Source: Planctomycetota bacterium (lineage in GTDB: Bacteria; Planctomycetota; Brocadiia; JAADGH01). From it: 64,000 nucleotides of DNA. A model generated the notes under the pieces. The model did no database searches and was not told where the DNA came from. It saw nothing but the letters and a program-made list of their open reading frames with translations. Positions 36,976 through 47,325 of the stretch are shown one piece after another (within the stretch, counting starts at the first letter, position 1; each line of letters opens with the position of its first letter). The position numbers and the translations under genes were made by a program. The stretch spans positions 32,001 to 96,000 of the forward strand of contig JBFMAD010000003.1 in NCBI GenBank assembly GCA_040755855.1, written 5' to 3'.

Positions 36976-37004
36976 TTGACAGCTGCACACTGTCCCTGTA
37001 TAAG
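36976..37004 (+). promoter_or_regulatory. Sigma70-type promoter
   Basis: TTGACA-N17-TATAAG. Confidence 0.6.
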
Positions 37005-37064
37005 CATTTGGCGGGCAGGAGGCAGGTGGGAGAATGGCTACTCAGACACACCGGAGGAAAAGGC

Positions 37065-38066
37065 GTGAACAGCCTGGAACGATATCTTGGCGTGTTGAGA
37101 GGCGAGGCAGTGGACCATCTGCCGCGCGTGCCGATCCTGATGCAGTATGCCGCCGAGTACATCGGCTCGAATTACGGATCGTTCGCATCGGACCATAAGG
37201 TTCTGGTCGAGGCCAATCTCCGCTGCGCGGAGGACTTCGGCTTCGACCAGGTTAGCGCCATCTCCGACCCCTACCGCGAGACGCAGGGCTTCGGCGGGCA
37301 GGTGACCTACGTGCGCGACGGCGTGCCGCGCTGCACAGCCCCGATGAAGGACACCACCGACCTCTCCGTGCTCCAGAGGCCCGCCCCCCACAAGTCCGAG
37401 CGGATGCTCGATCGGGTAAACGCCATTCGGGCCTACAAAAAACGTTGCGGCGGACGTTACTCGATCCTCGGCTGGATCGAAGGCCCCGCCGCGGAGGCGG
37501 CGGACCTGCGGGAGGTGTCGAACTTCCTCATGGACGTAGCGTTGAACCGTGACTTTGCGTGCGACCTGATGGACCGGTGCGTTGACGTGGGCATCGAGTT
37601 CGCCCGCGCGCAGGTCGAGGCCGGGGCCGATACCATCGGCGTCGGCGACGCGATTGCAAGTCAGATGTCGCCGGCTATCTATGAGGAGATGATCCTGCCC
37701 CGCGAGCAACGCCTCTTCAGGGCGATCAAGGAAATGGGTGCTTTCATCAAGCTGCATATCTGTGGAAATATCACCCACCTCCTGCCCGGCATTGCCCAAC
37801 TGGACATAGACATGATTGATGTGGATCACATGGTGGACATCGCGGCTGTGCGCAAGGCGGTGGGGAGTCGGGTGGCCATCACGGGAAACATTGACCCCGT
37901 ATCGGGCGTGCGGAGGGGGATGCCGGGCGCGATCCGAAAAACGATGCGAGAGATCTACGAGAAGGTGGGCAATCCATATATGGTCAACGCCGGGTGCGAG
38001 ATTCCCTCCTGCGCGCCCGCGGAGAACCTGAAGGCCCTGTGCGAGCCGATCCCGTATCGCAGGTGA
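37065..38066 (+). CDS. Uroporphyrinogen decarboxylase-family protein, MtaA/CmuA-like methyltransferase
   Basis: LHICGN, GNIDP, AGCEIP; GTG start after GGAGG. Confidence 0.88.
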   Translation: MNSLERYLGVLRGEAVDHLPRVPILMQYAAEYIGSNYGSFASDHKVLVEANLRCAEDFGFDQVSAISDPYRETQGFGGQVTYVRDGVPRCTAPMKDTTDLSVLQRPAPHKSERMLDRVNAIRAYKKRCGGRYSILGWIEGPAAEAADLREVSNFLMDVALNRDFACDLMDRCVDVGIEFARAQVEAGADTIGVGDAIASQMSPAIYEEMILPREQRLFRAIKEMGAFIKLHICGNITHLLPGIAQLDIDMIDVDHMVDIAAVRKAVGSRVAITGNIDPVSGVRRGMPGAIRKTMREIYEKVGNPYMVNAGCEIPSCAPAENLKALCEPIPYRR

Positions 38067-38094
38067 TCGGCCCGCACAGCGCCATACGCTTTGG

Positions 38095-38139
38095 AAGACA
38101 CGCTCAACCCCGCGCAGACGCGGGGTTGAGCGTGGCACA
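38095..38139 (-). repeat. AAGACACGCTCAA..TTGAGCGTGGCACA palindrome (16-bp perfect stem) between convergent genes
   Basis: CACGCTCAACCCCGCG-CAGA-CGCGGGGTTGAGCGTG. Confidence 0.75.
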
Positions 38140-38153
38140 TATCGTAATCGTTT

Positions 38154-39182
38154 TTACACCACGTCGCCCAGCAGCTTTGCCACCTTGACCGGCTTCCCGC
38201 GTTTGGCCGACTCGACGATTGCCACGCACGTGGCGACGGTCTTCGCCCCTTCGATCTCGTTGGTGAGGACGGGCTTGTCGCCCAGGATGCAATCAACGAA
38301 TTCGGCGATCTCGGCCGAGACGTTGTGGCTGGCGATGTTTACGGGGTGGCTCGTGAACTCCGGTCGGCCTGTGCCGACGCTCTTCTGCGAACAGAGCTGA
38401 ATCTGCGGACTCGTGTTGTCGCAGACGATGGTTCCCTCCGTGCCGTAGAAAACGCTGCGCATCGTGTAGGGCCGCACGCAGCCGATGGAGACCATCACCT
38501 TTCCAATGACGCCCTTGCCAAACTTCAGCGCCGCGATCGTGCAGTCGTTCAGCGGCCAATCCGCCAGACATTTGTGGTTGGCATAGGCGGAGACCTCCTC
38601 CACGTCGCCCGCGATCCACCGGAGCAGATCCACGGCATGGCACCCGCCGCCGATGACCGGTTCGCGCCGGGGATCAACGCGCCAGTCGCCCACGCCGCGG
38701 GCGTGGCGGTAGGTGTGGGCGTACTCGCTCTCGGCCAGGAATAGTTCGCCGATCTCGCCGCGCTCGACCATCTGCTTGGCCATGACAAAGCCCGGCGCGT
38801 AGCGGCATACCTGGCCGACCATGAACTTCCGACCGGTCTCGCGGACTGCCTTGATGATCTTCTTGGCCTCTTTCACGTCGAGGGTCAGCGGCTTCTCGCA
38901 GATGACATCCTTGCCCGCCTTCATGAAGGCGATGGACTGCTCGGCGTGGAAGTAGTCGGGCGTGGCGACAGAAACCACATCAATGTCCTTCGCATCGAGC
39001 AGTTCTTTGTAGTCCGTCACGGCGCGAGCGACGTTGAACTCTTTTTTTCTTTCTTCGAGCAGCGCCGCATCCTTGTCACAAATGGCCACAAGGTCCGTCT
39101 TCGGGTGGTTGACATAACCCGTTGCGTGGCCGCGCCCCATGCGCATACCGATGACAGCTGCGCCCAATCGTTCCTTGCTCAT
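38154..39182 (-). CDS. Gfo/Idh/MocA NAD-dependent oxidoreductase
   Basis: VATPDYFH, CEKP, GGGCHAVD. Confidence 0.93.
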   Translation of the reverse strand: MSKERLGAAVIGMRMGRGHATGYVNHPKTDLVAICDKDAALLEERKKEFNVARAVTDYKELLDAKDIDVVSVATPDYFHAEQSIAFMKAGKDVICEKPLTLDVKEAKKIIKAVRETGRKFMVGQVCRYAPGFVMAKQMVERGEIGELFLAESEYAHTYRHARGVGDWRVDPRREPVIGGGCHAVDLLRWIAGDVEEVSAYANHKCLADWPLNDCTIAALKFGKGVIGKVMVSIGCVRPYTMRSVFYGTEGTIVCDNTSPQIQLCSQKSVGTGRPEFTSHPVNIASHNVSAEIAEFVDCILGDKPVLTNEIEGAKTVATCVAIVESAKRGKPVKVAKLLGDVV

Positions 39183-39215
39183 CGAGTTCTCTCCAATGCT
39201 AATGCTACTTCGTTA

Positions 39216-40490
39216 CTACCTTGCGTATGCAGCCAAAACCTTCTTCATGCCCTTGACGCAGGCCCTCATCAGGTCCTTGCCGTAAGTCGGATGGGTGAAG
39301 AAGCTGAGCGTGCGCGGCCGCAGCCAACGCGCGTTCTCGCAGTTCACCTTGCTGTAATCCACCTGCTTTGGATCGGTGTATTCCTTGGACCGGAAGGGGA
39401 ACTTGTTCGGCCCAAAGCCGTGGTGCTCGCGGTAGGCCCTCTCCTGATACATCTCCGGCCACTGGATGGTGTAGCACGGCAGCCCCTCGGCGGCCAGCGC
39501 CTTCTGCACCTTCACCGCATCAACGGTCAGCTTGTCAATGTCGAGCACGATGGGGAACCACCAGTAGGCGTTCTGCCGCGCCTTCGTGTCCGGGGGCAGA
39601 TAGAGGATGCCCGGCACGCCCTTCAGTCCTTCCTGGAGCATCTTGCCGTTGCGGCGGCGTGCCGGCATGTTCCAGCGATCAAACCGCGCCAGCTCCCTCA
39701 GGCCGATGGCCGACTGGATCTCGGTCATGCGGTAGTTGAAGCCGACTCGCTTGTGGATGTACATGAGCTTGGCTTCCATCTCGAGCAGGTTCAGGCGCTC
39801 CTTCACGTCGTAGCCGTGATCGCGGAACGACCGGCACTCCCACGCGAGGTCCTCGTCGTCGGTGACCACCATGCCGCCCTCGCCGCCGGTGGTGAAGTGC
39901 TTGCTCTGGCAGAAGCTGTAGCAGCCGACGTCGCCGACGGTGGCGGTCTTCTTGCCCTTATACACGCCGCCGTGCGCCTGGGCGCAGTCCTCGATGACGA
40001 ATAGATTGTGCTTTTTTGCAATTTTCAAAATCGGGTCCATGTCCGCCACGATGCCGTAGAGGTGGACCACGATTATCGCCTTCGTCCGTTTGGTGATCTT
40101 GCTTTCAATTGACTTGGGGCTGATCATGTGGTCCTCTTTGTTCACATCCGCGAAGACCGGAATAGCCCCCGCCTGCAGGACGCAGAAGGACGAGGCGATG
40201 AAGGAGTACGACGTGACGATCACCTCGTCGCCCGGGCCGATGCCCAGCGCGGCGACGGCCGTGTGCAGGGCCGTCGTGCCGTTGCTGGTGCTGATGGCGT
40301 GGGCCGCGCCGTTCCACTTGGCGAACTTCTTCTCAAACTCCATCCCGCGCGGGCCGGTCCAGTAGTTCACGCGGCCCGTCTTGAGAATGTCCTCGATGTC
40401 TTTCATCACCTTCATGTCGAAGGCCGGCCACTGGGGCGCCGGCTTGTTCCATACCTTCGGTCCGCCGTCGATTGCCAGTTTCTCTGCCAT
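39216..40490 (-). CDS. DegT/DnrJ/EryC1/StrS aminotransferase
   Basis: True start is MAEKLAIDGG at 40490, after a purine-rich RBS; SNGTTALH, IEDCAQAH, SFCQSKHFTTGGEGG. Confidence 0.93.
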   Translation of the reverse strand: MAEKLAIDGGPKVWNKPAPQWPAFDMKVMKDIEDILKTGRVNYWTGPRGMEFEKKFAKWNGAAHAISTSNGTTALHTAVAALGIGPGDEVIVTSYSFIASSFCVLQAGAIPVFADVNKEDHMISPKSIESKITKRTKAIIVVHLYGIVADMDPILKIAKKHNLFVIEDCAQAHGGVYKGKKTATVGDVGCYSFCQSKHFTTGGEGGMVVTDDEDLAWECRSFRDHGYDVKERLNLLEMEAKLMYIHKRVGFNYRMTEIQSAIGLRELARFDRWNMPARRRNGKMLQEGLKGVPGILYLPPDTKARQNAYWWFPIVLDIDKLTVDAVKVQKALAAEGLPCYTIQWPEMYQERAYREHHGFGPNKFPFRSKEYTDPKQVDYSKVNCENARWLRPRTLSFFTHPTYGKDLMRACVKGMKKVLAAYAR

Positions 40491-40560
40491 CTTCCCTTCT
40501 CCTTCCTCATCTGGAACGTGATCGGCAATGGGACTAAATGGAATACTTCCACAATACCAT

Positions 40561-40615
40561 ATTTTCCCGGCCCTCATAGCGCTTGTCAAGCACTTTTTCG
40601 GAAAAAACCGAAAAA
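40561..40615 (-). promoter_or_regulatory. Promoter of the degT-like gene plus a candidate operator
   Basis: TTGACA-N17-GAAAAT on the minus strand; inverted repeat TTTTTCGG-N6-CCGAAAAA (40594-40615) just upstream of -35. Confidence 0.4.
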
Positions 40616-40790
40616 ATCTCGACATGATAAAAATGGCTTCGTAGGCTGAATTATGGCCTGAAACAAAGAAAATGCTGGACAGGCCCTGTCCGGGCCGGTA
40701 TAATGCCCTCCGTGTTCGACGGATGGATGAGTCTGTGGGCGTAACCGCAGAACTGCACGATTTATGGAAAACTTCTAAGGAAAGATCGGG

Positions 40791-41951
40791 GTGACCCCAG
40801 GCAAACAAGGCGTTGACCATCGCCAGCTTCGCGCCATCAACGAGCGCCGCGTCCGACGGCTTCTGCTCCGCCGCGGCCCATTGAGCCGACGGGACTTGGC
40901 CGCGCAGACGGGCCTGGACTCGAAGTCCATCACCAACATCATCCGCGACCTGCGCGCCCGCGAGGTCGTCGCCGTGGCCGGGCGAAAAAAATCGTTCGGC
41001 GGGCGGAGCGTTGATCTCTTCGAACTGCGCCGCGACAGGAATCTTGTCCTCGGCATCCATATCGCGCCCGACCGCATCCTTGCGCTGGTCGTGAATCCCT
41101 ATGGCGAGACGCTCTGGCAGAGCGACCGCATCGGAAGCGAAACGACGAAGGACGCCATCCGGTCGGCCGTCGAGGACGTTGGACATCAACTGCGGTCCGT
41201 CAAGTTGTTCCGCCCGGCCCACTTCCTCGGCGCGGGACTGTGCGCGCCGGGCCTGCTGAACCCAGAGCGCACAGCGTGGGTCGTCAGCAGCCAACTGCCC
41301 GATCTGGTCGGCGAGGCGCCGGGCCGATGGGTCGAGCAGGCGACGGGCCTGCCCACGATCCTCGAAGACGACTCTGCGGCCAAGGCCCTCGGCGAGCGGC
41401 TGTGGGGGTGGGCGCGCTGCCACGAAAGCTTCCTCCTCGTGGACCTCGACACCGGCGTCGGATCGGGCATCGTCATCAACGGTAGGTTGTTCCGCGGCGT
41501 GTCCGGACACAGCGGCGAGATCGGCCGGCTCAAGGTCCCCGCCGATGCAGCCGCGCAGATGGGCGCAGAGGGCAAGCGCCTTGAGGAGGCGGTGGGGCTG
41601 CACCGGATCGCGGTCCACTACAACCGCCGCATCGGCGCGCAGCGCGCTAAACACTTCGATGATGTGGCAACCGCCTCGCGTGAGGGGGATCGGGTCGCCA
41701 TTGACGTGCTCCGCTCCGCTGGCCAACTGGTCGGCGCAACGTTGGCGAACATCTTCGACTTCCTCAACCTGCCCATCTGCGTGACCGGCAGGCTCGTGAC
41801 GTCCACCGACCTGACCTTCGACCCGATCCGGGAGAGCTTCCGTCGGAACATCCTGTTGCCCGAGGGCGAGATCGGACAGGGCGAGCTGAACGGCCGCGTG
41901 GGCGCTCTCGGCGCGGCGGCACTGGTCTATCATGCGTGGACGGAGGCGTGA
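40791..41951 (+). CDS. ROK-family transcriptional repressor
   Basis: HTH LSRRDLAAQTGL, GVGSGIVINGRLFRG...GEIG, GALGAA. Confidence 0.9.
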   Translation: MTPGKQGVDHRQLRAINERRVRRLLLRRGPLSRRDLAAQTGLDSKSITNIIRDLRAREVVAVAGRKKSFGGRSVDLFELRRDRNLVLGIHIAPDRILALVVNPYGETLWQSDRIGSETTKDAIRSAVEDVGHQLRSVKLFRPAHFLGAGLCAPGLLNPERTAWVVSSQLPDLVGEAPGRWVEQATGLPTILEDDSAAKALGERLWGWARCHESFLLVDLDTGVGSGIVINGRLFRGVSGHSGEIGRLKVPADAAAQMGAEGKRLEEAVGLHRIAVHYNRRIGAQRAKHFDDVATASREGDRVAIDVLRSAGQLVGATLANIFDFLNLPICVTGRLVTSTDLTFDPIRESFRRNILLPEGEIGQGELNGRVGALGAAALVYHAWTEA

Positions 41952-41960
41952 CCCGTTTTC

Positions 41961-44900
41961 CTACTCCACCTTGAGCTCAATCACGCCGAGCCCATCGGGC
42001 GGGAGCGCGAGGGTGATGTTGGCAGGATCGAGCGTCGCGTCGGTCAGCAGTTCCTTCGCAGAGGCGATCCGCTTCAGGCCGATGGCGGATAGATCAATGA
42101 CCAGCGCCGCGCGCGTCTGCTCCTTCCCTTCGTTATATACCGCAAAAAAGACGGCCCCGTCCTTCGGGCCGAAGCGCTCGACGACAATGCCCTCGCCGCT
42201 CGTCGCGTGCGTCACTGGTTCCCATCCCGCCGCGCCGAGCGTGCGGATGACGGGCAGGTACTTCTTGTAAAGGTCGGAACACTTCTCATAGACCTTGTCG
42301 CAGTACCGTCCGACGCTCGGATGGATGGCGTAGACGGCGCACCGCTTGAAGAAAAGCTCCAGCCCGTCGTGCGTGGCCAGGTCGGTTTCCTTCGTGCCGA
42401 GGATCATGTAGTCGAGCCGCAGCGTCGGCTTCTGGTAGGCCAGCGTTCGGGCATAGCGCAGGCGCGGGAACTCGATGGTCCGCCCCTCAAGACCGACGAC
42501 GTCGGTGACGAAGTAGTGCCAGCAGATTTTGTTCCACGTCCCGAGGTTGGGGAAGACATATCGGTCGCCGGCGTGGAGCCGCCTCCCCAACTCCTCAAGG
42601 AACTCGTGCATGGACACGACGCCGTCAATGCACGGGCGGCCGGTGGCGCCGTCATAGGTGAGGGGATAGTCGGTGTAGGCGAAGTGGTCGCGGCGGAAGT
42701 TCATCGTGCGGGCGACCCAGCCGCAAGTGGAGTCCACGTAGATGCCTTTGATCTTCGGATTCTCCTCCGTCAGTTTCTTTACCTTTTCGAATTCGAATCT
42801 GGCCACGGTCGGCTCGTCCGGCTTGTCGGCGAAGAGGTCGGGGTCGCAGTTGACCGAAAAGACCACCATGTTCACCGGGTTCTTCGGCTTGATGTCCGCA
42901 CCGAAATCATCGCGGATGACGATGTGGTGTGTGCCGTCGGCCTGGACAGGGCGGCAGTTCTCGATCATTCGCTTCAGGCGCCCGCCCCAGTGGTCATTCG
43001 GTTTTTCCTGGAAGTCGGCGAATGCCCGCATGGCGGCGCCGTAGTCCTTCGGCATCTCCGGCAGGGGCTGGATGGACCGCTGGCCGGGGATGATGTAGGG
43101 GAACGTCCAGCAGCCCTTTTCCAGGCAGAAGTCCGCCATGGCCGCGCCGCCCTCGTAGTAACCGTAGTCCTCCAAGTTAGGCACGTTCTTCGGGCTGATG
43201 GCGAAGAGCCACGCGCCCTCCTTCATGGCGCGGCGCTTGAACGCGGCAGGATACATGGCATAGTACCGCCGCGCGGCGTCGCGCATGGCCCATTGTCCGT
43301 CAACGCGAAAGATCGCAAATGCGAAACTCGCCTTCTGCTTGAGTTTGGTGTTCGCCGTCAGGCCATACTTGCACCGCACGTGCAGGAGCGACTCGGCCGG
43401 GTCGAAGGCCAGCTTGAACCGGCAGGGTATTTCCGGCGACAGCGCGAGACCGATCCCCTTCCGGCCCTCTTTGTCCGTGAGGCAGGCGAAGATGAATTCG
43501 TCCGTTTCGTATCGCCCGTCGGCGGCGATGGCCCTCTGGGTTGCCAGCTCGTCCCACCACGTCCATCCCGGCCCGCCCACGGGCAGGCGGAGGAGCAGAT
43601 CGACAGCGCGGTCGCTGCCGGTGGTGTCCTCGACCGTCCCTGCGACGGCGACGTGGTTCGGCCTAACGTCATAAGCCACGGTCGAACGGAGGCTTAGGTC
43701 GCCATAGTCCGTCGTCACCGTCGTGCGGTCGCCGTCCTGCTTTACTGCCGCCTTGCCCTGGCTGAATCGGCCCTGGAACATGTCGCCCACGAGGAGTCCG
43801 AAGGGACGCTTCTTGACATCGGGCGAGGTCACGTCGGCATCGCCGAGCGACACCGACCAGACGCCGCCGTCGTCGCCAAGGCCCAGGTTCAGGCCGTCCT
43901 TTGTGGCGAGCGGACGGAGTTTGGGCGCGGTGCGCGGTGCGGCGGCAACCCTTTCCTCTGTCATAGAACGGAGCGAGACGACGCACCGGTCAGCGTCGCC
44001 CTTCACGTCCGTCACGAGGGTAAGCAACAGATGATCGTCGAGGGAGCGCAGCGAGACGACGTCGCTGTGCGCCTCCCACTCCTCCAGCGTCATGCCCGCC
44101 ACGGCGGTATCCTTCGGCAGGAGGATGCTCCACGCAACGCGTCCGCCCTCCTTGCCGGCGGTCTCGACGATCAACTGCCGCCGGTCCCAGGTGCGGACGA
44201 GGCGCAGCCAGGCGAACGGCGCAGGCGGGTTGATGCGCGAAAGACTTGGCGGATACTTGATGGGGAAGTTCCAGAGCACACCTTTTGCACCGGACTTTGG
44301 AAGTTCCGCCATCGGCTCGTCGCCGAGGAAGCATCGGATGGTGTCGCGGGGTTCCTCGTTGTCTGGCGGCACGGCCTGGATCGACACGAGCACCTCATCG
44401 GGTGCGGCGGCGGGCAGACGCTCGCGGAGCATGGCAACGGTCGGATCGTCGCCCTTTGCTTTCGGCGCGTCGGCGGCGGTTCCGGCGAGCGGCCCGTCGC
44501 TCAGGGGCTTGAGGGCGAGGTCGTCGAACCACACCGTTCCCGCATGGGTGCGGCGGAAGACGGCGTGGAATCCAATCTGCTTGATGGGGTGCTGGGGATT
44601 GAAGATGGACTCGACATACTGCCAGTCATGTGTGCCGGTATCGAAGGTGGCGCGGTGCCAGTCGTCCACCTTCCCGGGACGGATGTCGTTGACGTATTCG
44701 ACATCGCACCAGAGGGAGTAGTTGGGGTTCGGTCGGCCTGTGGCGTTCTCCGCCTTGCTCCATCCGGAGATGACGATGGGGATAGCGGCGGTCTGGTTCA
44801 GAACGACGGTCTGGCTGATGATGCTCTCGTCGCTTTCCTCCTTGTTGGCAAACCGGACGCTGGCCTGGCCGGAGTGTTTTATGTCTTTATCAATCGCACA

Positions 44901-45038
44901 CTCGCCGGTCCACTGCCCCTTGCCCGATTCGAAGCCGCCGTTCTTGCAGAAATTTGTTCGGGTCGCGTCCTCGCAAGCGGCGACCTGGAGCAAAGCCAAG
45001 AGACAAAGCAACTTCAAGCCCGTCACGTATCGTTTCAT
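41961..45038 (-). CDS. Large lipoprotein: CBM-like N-domain + putative glycoside hydrolase barrel
   Basis: AGGAGG RBS, VAA|C lipobox, NFCKNGGFE...VWFDDL, GIYVDS. Confidence 0.75.
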   Translation of the reverse strand: MKRYVTGLKLLCLLALLQVAACEDATRTNFCKNGGFESGKGQWTGECAIDKDIKHSGQASVRFANKEESDESIISQTVVLNQTAAIPIVISGWSKAENATGRPNPNYSLWCDVEYVNDIRPGKVDDWHRATFDTGTHDWQYVESIFNPQHPIKQIGFHAVFRRTHAGTVWFDDLALKPLSDGPLAGTAADAPKAKGDDPTVAMLRERLPAAAPDEVLVSIQAVPPDNEEPRDTIRCFLGDEPMAELPKSGAKGVLWNFPIKYPPSLSRINPPAPFAWLRLVRTWDRRQLIVETAGKEGGRVAWSILLPKDTAVAGMTLEEWEAHSDVVSLRSLDDHLLLTLVTDVKGDADRCVVSLRSMTEERVAAAPRTAPKLRPLATKDGLNLGLGDDGGVWSVSLGDADVTSPDVKKRPFGLLVGDMFQGRFSQGKAAVKQDGDRTTVTTDYGDLSLRSTVAYDVRPNHVAVAGTVEDTTGSDRAVDLLLRLPVGGPGWTWWDELATQRAIAADGRYETDEFIFACLTDKEGRKGIGLALSPEIPCRFKLAFDPAESLLHVRCKYGLTANTKLKQKASFAFAIFRVDGQWAMRDAARRYYAMYPAAFKRRAMKEGAWLFAISPKNVPNLEDYGYYEGGAAMADFCLEKGCWTFPYIIPGQRSIQPLPEMPKDYGAAMRAFADFQEKPNDHWGGRLKRMIENCRPVQADGTHHIVIRDDFGADIKPKNPVNMVVFSVNCDPDLFADKPDEPTVARFEFEKVKKLTEENPKIKGIYVDSTCGWVARTMNFRRDHFAYTDYPLTYDGATGRPCIDGVVSMHEFLEELGRRLHAGDRYVFPNLGTWNKICWHYFVTDVVGLEGRTIEFPRLRYARTLAYQKPTLRLDYMILGTKETDLATHDGLELFFKRCAVYAIHPSVGRYCDKVYEKCSDLYKKYLPVIRTLGAAGWEPVTHATSGEGIVVERFGPKDGAVFFAVYNEGKEQTRAALVIDLSAIGLKRIASAKELLTDATLDPANITLALPPDGLGVIELKVE

Positions 45039-45136
45039 TGGACCAATCCTCCTACGGAACAAGAATCGGTCAATACTCTACATAATTGATGCGCCGATTC
45101 CAAGCCCGGAACCAGAAGCAATCGAAAAAGGCAAGC

Positions 45137-45251
45137 CTGCCAATATGGCAGTCTGCCCGATTCTGCCCACGCATGATCGCGGTGCGTAACCTGTGTTATT
45201 CAGCCAGTTATGACAACAATAGAGGGTGGGATTCTTGGCATAGGCTTTGCT
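45137..45251 (+). promoter_or_regulatory. Sigma54-type promoter region of dnaK
   Basis: TTGGCATAGGCTTTGCT (GG-N10-GC) at 45235-45251; palindrome CTGCCA-ATA-TGGCAG at 45137-45151; IHF-like ATTCAGCCAGTTA at 45198-45210. Confidence 0.6.
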
Positions 45252-45313
45252 CACATGAACCACGGGAAGGAAAAACTGTCAAAAAATGGGAAAGAAGAAG
45301 GGAGAGACCTGCC

Positions 45314-47233
45314 ATGTCCAAGACGATTGGCATAGATTTGGGAACCACCAATTCGGTCGTCGCCGTGATGGAAGGCAATGACCCCACTGTAATCATCAAC
45401 GCCGAAGGCGGCCGACTGACCCCCTCGGTCGTGGCCTTCACCGACAAGGGCGACCAGTTGGTCGGCCAGCAGGCCAAACGCCAGGCCGTGACGAACCCGC
45501 GGAACACCGTCTTCTCCATCAAGCGATTCATGGGCCGCCGCCACAACGAGGTCGCCCAGGAGGAGAAGATGGTGCCCTATCAGATCGTCGGCGGCCCGAA
45601 CGAACTGGTCAAGGTCAGGGCCGGCGGCAAGGACTACACTCCACCCGAGATCTCCGCCCGCATCCTGCAAAGCCTGAAGAAGACGGCGGAGGACTACCTC
45701 GGGGCCGAGGTCAAGAAGGCAGTCATCACCGTGCCCGCCTACTTCAACGACTCGCAGCGCCAGGCCACCAAGGACGCCGGCCAGATCGCCGGGCTTGAGG
45801 TGGAGCGGATCATCAACGAACCGACGGCCGCGGCCCTGGCCTATGGCCTGGACAAGAAAAAGGCGGGCAAGATCGCCGTCTTCGATTTGGGCGGCGGCAC
45901 GTTCGACATCTCGATCCTCGAGGTGGGCGACGGGGTCTTCGAGGTGCTGTCCACCAACGGCAACACCCACCTCGGAGGCGACGACTTCGACGAGGAGCTA
46001 ATCAACTACATCGCCGACCAGTTCAAGAAGGACCAGGGCATTGACCTGCGCAAGGACCAGATGGCCCTCCAGCGGCTCAAGGAGGCGGCCGAGAAGGCGA
46101 AGTGCGAACTGTCCACCTCCACGAGCACGGACATCAACCTGCCTTTTATCACCGCCGACCAGACCGGGCCGAAGCACCTGACCATGACCCTCACGCGGGC
46201 GACGCTCGAAAACCTGATCCGCCCGCTCGTGGAGAAAACGATCGGCCCCTGCGAGCAGGCGCTCAAGGATGCCGAGCTCAAACCCAAAGATGTTGACGAG
46301 GTCGTCCTCGTCGGCGGATCCATCCGAATCCCCATGGTCCAGGAGACCGTCAAGCAGATCTTCGGCAAGGACCCGACGAAGGGCGTGAACCCGGACGAGG
46401 TCGTCGCCCTCGGCGCGGCCATCCAGGCGGGCGTCCTCGCCGGCGACGTTCACGACGTGCTCCTGCTCGATGTGACGCCGTTGTCGCTCGGCGTGGAGAC
46501 GCTCGGCGGCGTGATGACCAAGCTGATCGAGCGCAACACCACGATCCCGACGTCGAAGAAGGAAATCTTCTCAACCGCCGCCGACAACCAGCCCGCCGTG
46601 GACATCCACGTCCTCCAGGGCGAGCGCGAGTTCGCGCGGGACAACCGGACGCTCGGCCGGTTCCAGCTCACGGGCATCCCCACTGCGCCGCGCGGCGTGC
46701 CGCAGGTCGAGGTCGCCTTCGACATTGACGCCAACGGCATCCTCAACGTCTCGGCCAAGGACCTGGCCACCGGCAAGGAGCAGTCCATCGTGATCAAGTC
46801 CTCCTCCGGCCTGTCCGATGCCGACATCCATCGGATGACCAAGGACGCCGAGGCCCATGCGGAAGAGGACAAGAAGAAGCGCGAGCTGGTGGATGCGAAG
46901 AACCAGGCCGATCAGTTGATCTACTCCACGGAGCGAACGCTCCGCGAGCATGGCGGCAAGATCGGGGAGTCTGACCGGCAGGCGATCAACCGCGCCGTCG
47001 AGCGGCTGAAGAAGTCGAAGGATGGCGACGACATCAACACGATCAAGTCCGATATGGACGCCCTCATGCAGGCCTCCCACAAGCTGGCCGAGGAGATGTA
47101 CCGCCAGGCCGGGGCCGGGCGGCAGGCCGCCGGCGGGCCGGGTCCGCAGCCTCCACCCGAGGAGGGGCAGCAGGAGTCGAAACGCGACGATGACGTCATT
47201 GACGCGGACTTCGAGGTGAAGGACAACAAGTAA
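45314..47233 (+). CDS. dnaK: Chaperone DnaK (Hsp70)
   Basis: [27 protein letters not shown]-terminal VIDADFE. Confidence 0.99.
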   Translation: MSKTIGIDLGTTNSVVAVMEGNDPTVIINAEGGRLTPSVVAFTDKGDQLVGQQAKRQAVTNPRNTVFSIKRFMGRRHNEVAQEEKMVPYQIVGGPNELVKVRAGGKDYTPPEISARILQSLKKTAEDYLGAEVKKAVITVPAYFNDSQRQATKDAGQIAGLEVERIINEPTAAALAYGLDKKKAGKIAVFDLGGGTFDISILEVGDGVFEVLSTNGNTHLGGDDFDEELINYIADQFKKDQGIDLRKDQMALQRLKEAAEKAKCELSTSTSTDINLPFITADQTGPKHLTMTLTRATLENLIRPLVEKTIGPCEQALKDAELKPKDVDEVVLVGGSIRIPMVQETVKQIFGKDPTKGVNPDEVVALGAAIQAGVLAGDVHDVLLLDVTPLSLGVETLGGVMTKLIERNTTIPTSKKEIFSTAADNQPAVDIHVLQGEREFARDNRTLGRFQLTGIPTAPRGVPQVEVAFDIDANGILNVSAKDLATGKEQSIVIKSSSGLSDADIHRMTKDAEAHAEEDKKKRELVDAKNQADQLIYSTERTLREHGGKIGESDRQAINRAVERLKKSKDGDDINTIKSDMDALMQASHKLAEEMYRQAGAGRQAAGGPGPQPPPEEGQQESKRDDDVIDADFEVKDNK

Positions 47234-47277
47234 GCGCCTTGCTCCCGCGCTCCTCGTGTGCCACGCTGAAACTACGC

Positions 47278-47307
47278 ACCTCCCGGAGGTCCGAACCTCC
47301 GGGAGGT
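47278..47307. repeat. Palindrome family copy 2 (13-bp perfect stem) between dnaK and clpB
   Basis: ACCTCCCGGAGGT-CCGA-ACCTCCGGGAGGT. Confidence 0.65.
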
Positions 47308-47325
47308 TGGAAGGGATAGAAACAC

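Noticed and set aside
39216..41933. 905-aa ORF suggesting a large N-terminal fusion to the DegT enzyme
   Set aside because: The extension is the antisense shadow of the ROK gene. The true start with RBS and promoter is at 40490.
45086..45313. N-terminal extension of DnaK, or a CIRCE element
   Set aside because: The canonical [10 protein letters not shown] start is at 45314 with an RBS, and no CIRCE repeat is present.
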